Assembly (NCBI RefSeq): GCF_009914755.1
Contig: NC_060925.1
DNA: 64,000 bases
Strand: one strand, 5' to 3'
Source of the DNA: the human T2T-CHM13v2.0 reference genome, Homo sapiens
Shown here: positions 54,942 to 64,000 of the stretch, piece by piece
Numbering within the stretch: the first letter of the stretch is position 1
How the letters are laid out: the number at the start of each line of letters is the position of its first letter
Program-made: the position numbers and the translations under genes
Notes under the pieces: model-generated
Told to the model about the DNA's origin: nothing
Seen by the model: only the letters and a program-made list of their open reading frames with translations
The model's database searches: none

Positions 54942-55409
54942 TACTATTTCTTCTAGAGGGGAAAAAGTAACAATGTGCTATCAAGTCTTTCAGGTAACAC
55001 AGTCATGCTATGGCTATTCTGCTACTCTACACAACTTAGAGTCACTATTAACAGCTGCTATTAACAGCTCAAGACTCCAGGGAAGTAATAACTCAGCCAT
55101 GCTCCTGACTGCATGCCGCAACCTGATGAAACAGGCAAAGTTATTGTCTATGTTTGTGTTTTGTTCCCTCTGAATGAGAAAAATAGATGAAGAGGAGATA
55201 AACAAGCCATAGAAATATAACCAATCACAAGAAGGCGATAATAAGCCAGTAGAAAACAAAGAATAAATGTCCCAAGCACACTCCAAACATAACAACTGAA
55301 ACAAAGAACAGCTATGTGACATGCAGTCACACTCACGTCTTCTCAGTTGTAACAGCCATCGAAGGGGTGACACCTCTGAGTGAGATGTAGCGGTACTGAA
55401 TGTGGGAAG

Positions 55410-55650
55410 TAAAAAGGCCATTAAGAGGAAAAGCTTCAGATTCAAAGAGACCTACAGGTAAATCCTAGATGTACTACTTACCTATATGACCTTGAGCAAG
55501 CAAGCTCCCTTTGCCTCAGCCTCCTCATGTGTAAAATGGCAATAGGAACTTCTACATTGTAGAATTATTGAGGAATACATTAAATAATCCAAAGTACAAA
55601 AAGTGTCTGGCACATAGTAAATTACCAATAAGTGGTAGCTGTATTATTGA
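55410..55650. mobile_element. MIR
   Basis: tgaccttgagcaag...gcctcagcctcctcatgtgtaaaatgg...gtgtctggcacatagtaa. Confidence 0.75.
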
Positions 55651-55980
55651 AACTAAGACAAATAGCTAATGTCCTGGAAACATTCAAATGATAGACAACC
55701 ATCATCTATGTGCCTGGTTCCAGCCACATACAATTAAAAAAAAATTTCTTTCAAATACTAAAGTACAATGTAGGCAAATGACTGTCCACCACTTGCATCT
55801 TAGGAGGCCACAATGTTTCCTCAAAGCTCAAGATCCAGTCAGTAAAGGCAGGAAGGACAACTGAGGAGTGAGCCCTCGGAGGAGCATTACAGCCCCACAG
55901 ACCTGGGCACTGAGACTCAGGCACTGACAAAGCAAGGTCAAGTATCCCCTCTGGTCCCTGCTGGTACCTCCAGGACCCAC

Positions 55981-56094
55981 CTGTGTATGGCAGCACACAG
56001 TGGCAAGTGTAGCCACTTATGTCATCAAAGCAGGTTCCTTGGTTCAGGCATGGATTTGAGGCACATTCATCAATATTCACCTGGCAGTTATAGC
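55981..56094 (-). CDS. NOTCH2: NOTCH2 exon 15 (114 nt; EGF)
   Basis: CTACAG|GC...ACAG|GTGGGT; [24 protein letters not shown]. Confidence 0.98.
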
Positions 56095-56400
56095 CTGTAG
56101 ACAAAAGGAAAAAACCAAAAACAGTAAAACTTTCTGACAGCCTCATCAATTTCTAACCAATTCTCTTTAGGGGTAAAAACTGAACACATCAGAAATTGCA
56201 TTCATTTCTTCAGGCCACTGAAATACCTGTTCATTCATTTCAGCCCCATGTCCCTGAAATACAGTCAGTAAATGACAGCAATTAGTTGAAAAGATGAATG
56301 GAAAAACAGTCTATTCTAATGATCTGAAAGCCTAATGCCCCTCCAACTACAAATAACTTCTCAATAATGAAGTTCTTGGTTCAAAAGCTTGTTGCAGGAT

Positions 56401-56708
56401 CTATTTATTATTTATTTATTTTTGAGACAGGGGGTCTCACTCTTGTCATTCAGGCTGGAGTGCAGTTGTGTAATCATGGCTCACTGCAGCCTCGACCTCT
56501 CGGGCTCAGCAATCCTCCCACCTCAGCCTCCTGAGTAGCTAGAACCACAGGTGCATGCCATCATGCCCACTTGATTTTTTAAATTTCTTGTAGAGATGAG
56601 GTCTCGTTATGTTGCCTAGGCTGGTCTCCAATTTCTGTGGCCAAGTGATCCTCCCACCTCACCCTCCCAAAATGCTGGGATTACAGGTGTGAGCCATCGC
56701 ACCCAGCC
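56401..56708 (-). mobile_element. AluJ
   Basis: atggctcactgcagcctcgacctc, tatgttgcctaggctgg; TSD aa(a/t)agcttgttgca(g/t)gat. Confidence 0.93.
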
Positions 56709-57492
56709 AATAGCTTGTTGCATGATAAACATAAGCTCTTTGTATATAACATTTCTGGTCAGGAAAAGGGATGATGTTTTTGAATACATTAATCAAAGCC
56801 TCTGGTTTATGCCCATTTTTTCATAGGCACCATGTCTACCACCCATGTGGTACTTCCTGAAGTTACAAAGCTGTTTTCTCCTGATTCAAGGCATGAAACC
56901 TTCTCCCACTAAGAAAAGGATAAAAGGAATAAAAAATTAGTGGAGATAGCACAGTACCCAAATACTGCACACCTTTGCATCTCCAATAGGGCCTGGCACA
57001 GAGCCTTAAAGTAGAGAAACTATGGCACTGTGGAAAAGAAAACATGGTCTAGGAATGCAGAGGTATGGGTTCAAGGAGTATTCTGCTGCCCACTGGGCAT
57101 ATAATTTGGGATTTTACCTTTTGAATTTTATTTTGTTCACTGATAAGCAAGTCTCAGAAGATAAAGAAATAAAAGTGTTTTGAAATCTACAAGTTTCTTT
57201 GCCAATGTAATACAATATATCAGAAAATTAATGGCTGAAATACAGTCTCAGAAATGTTTCAAGTAATCAAATAAAGTGGCTCTAAAACATGCTGATGTAT
57301 CACAATAGCATAGCACAATATTTGAGTGAGGAAATCAATGAATAAATAGACAGATGAGTGCAAATATAATGATTTACCCACACGGCTCTCTTTTGTGAGT
57401 TTCCAAGAGAAAACTGATGGTAGAAATACAACAGTGATAACTCAGAAGCAGATTTTACACAATTCCCATGACTATCCATTTGTTGGGTAGGC

Positions 57493-58028
57493 CAGCAGTC
57501 CCTCAGCATTTTTGGCACCAGGGATTGGTTTCGTGGAAGACAATTTTTCCATGATCCGGGGTTGGGGGGATGATTTTAGGATGATGATTCAAGCACATCC
57601 CATTTATTGTGCACTTTACTTTTATTATTATAATATTACACTGTAATATACAATGAAGTAGTTTTACAACTTACTATAATGTAGAATTGGTGGGAGCCCT
57701 GAGCTTGTTTTCCTGCCACTAGACAGTCCCATCTGGAGGTGATGGGAGACAGTGACAGATCATCAGGCACTAGATTCTTATAAGGAGCGCACAATCTACA
57801 TCCTTCACATGTGGAGTTCACAATAGGGTTCGCAGTCCTATGAGAATCTAAGGCCACCACTGATCTGACAGAGACAGAGCTCAGGCGGTAATGTGAGTGA
57901 CGGGGAGTGGCTATAAATACAGATGAAGCTTTGCTCCCTCACTGGCTGCTCACCTCCTGCTGTGTGGCCTGGTTCCTAACAGGCCACACACAGGTACTGG
58001 TCTGTAGCCTGAGGGTTGAGGACCTCCG
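57493..58028 (-). mobile_element. MER1A (hAT-Charlie), complete
   Basis: Same termini and core as the MER1B at 15358 plus the longer internal segment; degenerate 8-bp TSD gggtaggc/gtgtagac. Confidence 0.88.
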
Positions 58029-58286
58029 GTGTAGACCAAAGATGACTAAATAACTAAGAATATCTCAATGTGTTAAAAAGTTTGTTGAAAGAGTTCTGAA
58101 CATGTGGATTCTTCCTTGATATTACTACTATCTTAATTATAGTAAGCATAATATTTTCATTCTACTTCCATATATCTATTTGAACTATCATAGACTCAAA
58201 CCTGGACCAGGAAGCTTATAATTAGACACTTGGCCAATGCTGTAAAACTGGAGTCTTAACTGCTCATCTTAAATATTACCATTTCA

Positions 58287-58584
58287 GGCTGGGTGCGGTG
58301 GCTCACGCCTGTAATCCCAGCACTTTGAGAGGCCGAGGTGGGCAGATCACCTGAGGTCAGGAGTTCATGACCAGCCTAACCAACATGGAGAAACCCCGTC
58401 TCTACTAAAAATACAAAATTAGCCGGGTGTGGTGGCATATGCCTGTAATCCCAACTACTAGGGAGGCTGAGGCAGGAGAATGGCTTGAACCCGGGAGGTA
58501 GAGCTTGCAGTGAGCCAAGATCACGCACCATTGCACTCCAGCCTGGGCAACAAGAGCAAAACTCTGTGTCAAAAAAAAAAAAAA
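58287..58584 (+). mobile_element. AluS (Sp-like)
   Basis: Full dimer; TSD aaa(t/a)attac(c/t)atttca. Confidence 0.95.
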
Positions 58585-58799
58585 TTACTATTTCAATAGG
58601 TCACCTCTCTGCTAGGCTGAAGGTAGAAATTGTATCTATTCATGTTTTTATTCCCCAAGTGCCTTACAAGTCTAATTGCTCAATATGTTTGTTACACGAA
58701 TGAATGAAAAAGAGAAAAGGAAACTAAGAAGTGAGTCAAGCAGTATGCAACAACAAGAAGACAAAGAGCAGACGCAGAAAGATGTACTTTTGTTTTCAC

Positions 58800-58945
58800 C
58801 TTTAAAGCCCTTCTTGCAAGTACACCTGTATCCATTCACCAGATTGTCACAAGTTCCTCCATTCTGGCATGGATTCGAAAGGCATTCATTTTTGTCCACT
58901 TCACAGTTGATGCCAACCCAGCCTGCATCACAGAGACACTTATAT
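58800..58945 (-). CDS. NOTCH2: NOTCH2 exon 14 (146 nt; EGF)
   Basis: TTTCAG|A...AAAG|GTGAAA; [21 protein letters not shown]. Confidence 0.98.
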
Positions 58946-60296
58946 CTGAAAGAAGACAAAACTTTTTACTATAGGAGGTATAAACGTATGATTGAGTCAT
59001 AGAGTGAAATACAGGACTTGGTGAAGAAATGGGGTAAACTGATCTCATTTCTACTTTCATGGAACTATCCTTGCATCACCTTGCACATGGTGTGTACCAT
59101 GTGGCCCTATCAGGTGTATCCAGTAAAGAAACCTTCTTGGTGCTTTCCTGGCTCACTAAGTTAGTGAAATTATAATGAAATTTCTTATGTAAACAATGGT
59201 TTCTACAATATATTGGGCCACTCTGAAGGAAACAATATCATGGATAAATCTGCACAATGTATGTTATTATACATAAAACTAAAGTAAAGCAAACATTAAG
59301 ATCATTAGTTTTTGGTGCCAAATAGATACCTAGGTCACTGTCAGGGACCCTGAGCCACTCTAAGATGCTCCTGGGATATTTCATATCTAAGTCATGCTTT
59401 GTCTTGACCTAACACTTGGCTTCAGAAAGCACCTAGGGTATTCTGCAGGAAAAGGCACAGGAATGAAGGTATTTGAATTGTAAATATAATCTCCAATTTG
59501 AACATCACTAACACTTAGAATGTGATATCAGGAAATGATAGCTTTCTTATCGGGAGAATTTTAAGAAAATGAGAGATGGATAAGGGTGCCTTGAAGGCTG
59601 CTATACTCTGAAACACCAATACTGAGTTAATTAATTTTTAAATAACTTTATTTACTATTTGCCACTAAACACTCTTTATCCTTTCATCTTTCAAAGTTTG
59701 GCAAAGGAAAATGTCCAAAGCCATATCCTATGGCAAATGCAGCAAGAGTATAAGAGCGTCTCGTGAGACCTAAGGTCACTCTATGATTCTAGAAAATCAC
59801 TAACACATCACACAAGTCTGTGGGGCTTAAAAATTGCAAATGTTTTATCAGGGACATTTCTAAAGTTGGCTGAAGCGGCCCTACTTCAGAGCACACACTG
59901 GCACTGTGACAGAACAGAGCTGAGCTATGTTTAAGCAGGGGAAAAAAAATCAAAAGCTAGAACATTCTTCAGAAATCATTCCAGTAATACATACTAAAAA
60001 CATAACTGCCAAAGATTCATACAATGAGTATGGGTTCCTCCCATGAGGTCCTTGCTAATGACCCATATAAGGGAGACATTCCTCCTTATGTTCCATCTAG
60101 GTCCTCACTTATGGAAGGGAGGGGCCAGCTTCCATGGATTAAATGGTAATTCAGAAGGCTTTGATGCAGACTACCAAATCTTCAGCAAAGTTTCAGCTCA
60201 AAGCCCCATTTGACAACTTCAGGCTGTCACCAGTACTACAAGCCAACTGGCTTAACACAGGTCAATAAGAAACTATCACATGGGGCAGCTACTCAC

Positions 60297-60489
60297 CCAC
60301 TGAGACCTCCAGTACAGTTTCCATGGATGCAGGGATTGCTCAGGCATTCGTTCACCTGTGAGTAGCAGCTGGGGTGATGGGGTCCCTCGGGGCATATACA
60401 GCGGAAACCATTCACACCGTTGATACATGTTGCACCCTTGCGACAGGGATTGGAGGCACACTCATCAATGTCAATGTTACATCTCTGCC
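60297..60489 (-). CDS. NOTCH2: NOTCH2 exon 13 (193 nt; EGF); most 5' NOTCH2 exon in the window
   Basis: CCACAG|GG...GTGG|GTGAGT; [41 protein letters not shown]. Confidence 0.98.
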
Positions 60490-61119
60490 CTGTGGAGAAG
60501 GGGGACAGTGTTAGTCACATCCTAAATGCTTAGGAAATAGACCCAGAACTATAAGACACGTTATGTTGACATCCTTCATCTGCTCAGGCCATAAGGTGCC
60601 TTGAGGCACCAAATGTCAAGATGTAAGGAATTAGACACCCAATAACACTTAATGCCATGCAAAGGAGCAAAGAGCATTGACTTTTGATAATCAAGGAAAG
60701 TTAACAAAAGGCTGGAAAACTGTTATAGCAATTTGGCATTTTCTTTCAACTCAGAAATGGGGAAACTTCACAAGGTTCTAAGAAGAGAATGTCAAATGTT
60801 ACCAAAGAAGGCTTCTCTTCTTAATGCTGCCCTGAGTACAACTCAAAGAAGCATTCATTAACATGCTTTGTGCCGGTTTAGCACAAATTCATTTTCTCAG
60901 CCTCTTACATTTCTATTTATGGTAAATCCAAATTAACTGGAATGCTTAATGAATGGGCTAGTAACTTAATTCAATAATTAAATTGATTGTAAAGAAAGGT
61001 TATTTTGTTTTCATTCTTAGAGTCTATTAATCCATTTTTTTTGACCTCAGGAAGTAGAGTCTCAAAGTATAATTTTGTTGTCTTCTGATATTAGAGAAAA
61101 TAATGCAGTCTGTCACTGC

Positions 61120-61290
61120 AGACCTATGGTTCTTAAACTTTAATGTGCAAAATCATCACTTTAAGTTGTTATTTTAAGTGGAGATTCCTAGGCCCTATCA
61201 CCATAGATTGTGATGAATAGAATCTAGCAAACCATATTTTTTTAAATGTAGGTGGTGTAAAAACTAGATTTTGAGAAATTCTGTTCTAGA
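61120..61290. mobile_element. MER5-like hAT remnant
   Basis: tggttcttaaactttaatgtgcaaaatcatcac...gattcctaggccc...ttttgagaaattctg. Confidence 0.55.
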
Positions 61291-62339
61291 CAATTATTAC
61301 TTATCATCATCATACAATGTGGATACTGGGAGTAAGTGAAATTGAAGTGAATATGTTGCTCCTCCAAGACATAGCCAAGATTGCTCTTTAAAAAGATGTC
61401 TGCTATAACCTTGATATTTCTTAGGCTGAATAAAGTAATACGGGTCAGTTATACAAGTGTTTCCATTTGTTACATTTTGAGTAACTGAGATTTAACTATA
61501 TATTCCAAAATGATATGAAATGTTAAAATTACCTATAATTCTATAAATGAGTGGCATCAAGCAACTGCTATGAATTTATATATTTCAAAGAACACAATGT
61601 TCTGATTCTGATTTTGAAAACATGCATTTTTCTCATTTAAGAAAGAGCAATCCTGTATTTAGAATAGGACATTCCAAATGAAACAGATACCCACTCCTAT
61701 GAAGTATGAGTATTCACATTTTTTCACCCTCCATTGCTCTCTAAACCATCATTGGTGGTTCTTGTGGTAAAAACCCATAATCTGGAAGTGGCTGCTGTTT
61801 TCCTCTTAAGTGTTTTATTAATAGCTTATTTTTAAATACTATTTCCTTGGCCTCAACCACTGATTCTTTGAGCTGTTTGTCAGTGGCACCAAAATATGAA
61901 CCAGAGCTCTTCAACCACACAGTTAGCCTCGGCCCGTAATATAGTGAAGGATAACAGGAAAAAGGTTTCTTCATTTTTGGTCTTTTCTTGGAAGCGTCTC
62001 CTCAGAAGCCACTCCTCCCAAGTTTTCTTTATTTGCTTTTAAATTTATTCTTTGCAGAATAAATTTTCAAGCCATCTTTATCTGAAAGCATTAAATGCAG
62101 TCCACTATGTTGATTGACAGCTGTTCCATCAGGAAGGTCCTACCCTCAAGGAGTTTCCACTGAGCATGAGGAAAGTCCAGTGGAAGGCCAAGAAATTTTT
62201 TGGGCTAGGTAACTAAAATGAGAAGTTACCCAGTGTTTCTTCTGACTTAGGCACTCAATAAATTGGTGTTTAATAAATGAAAACATGGTATAGTCCACAC
62301 TTCAGAGTCTGGCATTAGCTAGCAAAAGCGCTATATTTG

Positions 62340-62640
62340 AGTCCCATTCATTCGTTCATTCAGCAACATTCACTAAGCGTTTCCTACGTGCCAGACATTG
62401 CTTTAGACACTTGCTATAAAGATGATTAAACGAGGTCTCTGCCTTCTGGGAACTCACAGTCCTCACTATGCAACTCACTGGCAGAGGCCATGAGTATATA
62501 CATCAAGGTCTGTCTCTCAGTTGCCTTATTTGTTAAACGGGTATAGTAGAACTTCCTTTCTGGATTGTTATGAGAATTCAGGAAGATAATGGGCATGAAG
62601 GTGCTTTGTAAAACTGAAAAGCAGTTTATAGAAGTATCAC
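62340..62640. mobile_element. L2 tail plus MIR remnant
   Basis: cattcattcgttcattcagcaacatt...tgccagacattg; gattgttatgagaattc. Confidence 0.55.
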
Positions 62641-63084
62641 ATAATTCCTTACATTCCCCCATTTAAAAAGGTTCTAAGAGAACAGATAACTTAGTATTAA
62701 AACAAAAAAATCCCCTTTAAAGCTGTCAAAGCTATTATTAGAATGATATGGGAAAAATATATTAAAATAAAACAAGAGCAAGAATAAAACTCCTCACATT
62801 TACCACTCATGAGTATATACCACAGTCATCTCTAATGTTTTTAGCAGCTGATTAAAAAAATCATCTCAGACATAGGCAACAGTTCCATGAACAGGGGACC
62901 ACCTAGTAACCAAAACATTCCATTTCTTGCTTATAAGGTTTCATGCTACACCTTAGGTTTATTTTAGAATATTTTTAGCCTATGTTCTCCCTTCTTGGCC
63001 TTCCTGGTTTGCTGAATATTAAAAAGAGAAAGAATATGATTCATTGGCATTCTGAAAAAAATGAGTCCAGTAGAAGCCTTATAT

Positions 63085-63086
<2 letters not shown>

Positions 63087-63146
<60 letters not shown>
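63087..63146. repeat. (AC)30 microsatellite; reads (UG)30 in NOTCH2 pre-mRNA
   Basis: Direct read, uninterrupted. Confidence 0.98.
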
Positions 63147-63148
<2 letters not shown>

Positions 63149-63976
63149 CAGGCCCCTAATCAGGATGTCCAGTGTAGTGGGAATGAGCATGGGCTCAGGG
63201 GTCAGATTGCCTGGGATGTAATTCTGGCTGCTGTGCACTGGTAACATTACTTAACATCTCTGTGTTCTGGGTTTCTTATTCTGTAGGTATTCTCAACGTC
63301 GGTGACAATTGACAATTTAGTGCCTAGCTCAAAATTAGTTCTTCATAAATGTTACCTATTCTCTTTGTATTACCCACTTATCAACAATGTACCTATTATC
63401 CTATCTAGCAGGGATTTTTGTGTATTCACTCGACTGCCACTTGATCTTGGAGTAACAAGTTTCAGGATGCAGAACATCAGGCTACTACAGCAGCACTGGG
63501 CATTGGGTATGACAGTTTTCATCAGATTTTGCTTCTCAGTGATCTTTCACTGAACAGGGATCACTGTGACCCATTTGGGTGCAAACTTTCCTTTCTAATG
63601 TCCACAATCATACCAAATAGGAGAAATTCTTGTGAAATAGAGAACAAAGTACATTCTTGGCAAATGAATGGTGGACATTCACTTCACTTTGCTCTGGCTG
63701 CTTTCTGCAGACTCTATCAAAAACTCTGAAGGGTGTTTCTCACATTCGAGTACAAACAACCACATGGAAATTATTAAAGGGTAACATGTTAGTGGCTGCT
63801 TCTGTGTGTCACTGTCCAGGAAGAACAGAATGTACAGTGTGTGCCTTCTGATGATGCCAAGAAGAAACTCAGGTGTGTCAGTGAGGGGCCTCAGGTTTCT
63901 GCAGTAGTAGCCTCTAGCACTTTTTGATCAGGAGGGTAAAAGATAAAGGTAATATTGACAAGTAAAGAGAGAGAAG

Positions 63977-64000
63977 ATGTGTGTGTGTGTGTGTGTGTGT
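63977..64000. repeat. (TG)n microsatellite cut by the window edge; reads (CA)n in NOTCH2 pre-mRNA
   Basis: Direct read. Confidence 0.95.

Overview
Human genomic DNA from the ADAM30-NOTCH2 locus (chr1p12, recognised from the translated proteins); both genes lie on the minus strand. Positions 1-1593 hold the first 531 codons of the intronless ADAM30 ORF, which runs off the left edge and is therefore absent from the ORF track; its small CpG-rich promoter lies at ~1640-1830. About 15 kb of repeat-dominated intergenic DNA follows (L1, L2/MIR, Alu, MaLR, MLT2A, MER1B, MER3). Positions ~16810-64000 hold the 3' part of NOTCH2: a 3.75 kb 3'UTR and 22 coding exons (13-34 in standard numbering). All exons have GT-AG boundaries and phases that join into one uninterrupted frame (EGF repeats, LNR, HD, TM, RAM, ANK, TAD, PEST). 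I found no new protein-coding gene or self-contained novel system. The best leads are RNA-processing signals inside NOTCH2: (1) an intron-22 read-through/polyadenylation unit giving a soluble EGF-only isoform (probably already annotated); (2) a candidate 11/16-nt microexon in the last intron preceded by a tandem repeat of branch-point motifs; (3) a candidate TDP-43-repressed cryptic exon/polyA site next to a (UG)30 tract in intron 12; (4) inverted AluY elements bracketing exons 16-17, whose circle would be a stop-free reading frame; (5) a rare GAG acceptor at exon 24; (6) a non-canonical TATAAA terminal polyA signal. Two motif-dense candidate enhancers were also noted. Repeat subfamily names are by-eye calls and need RepeatMasker confirmation.
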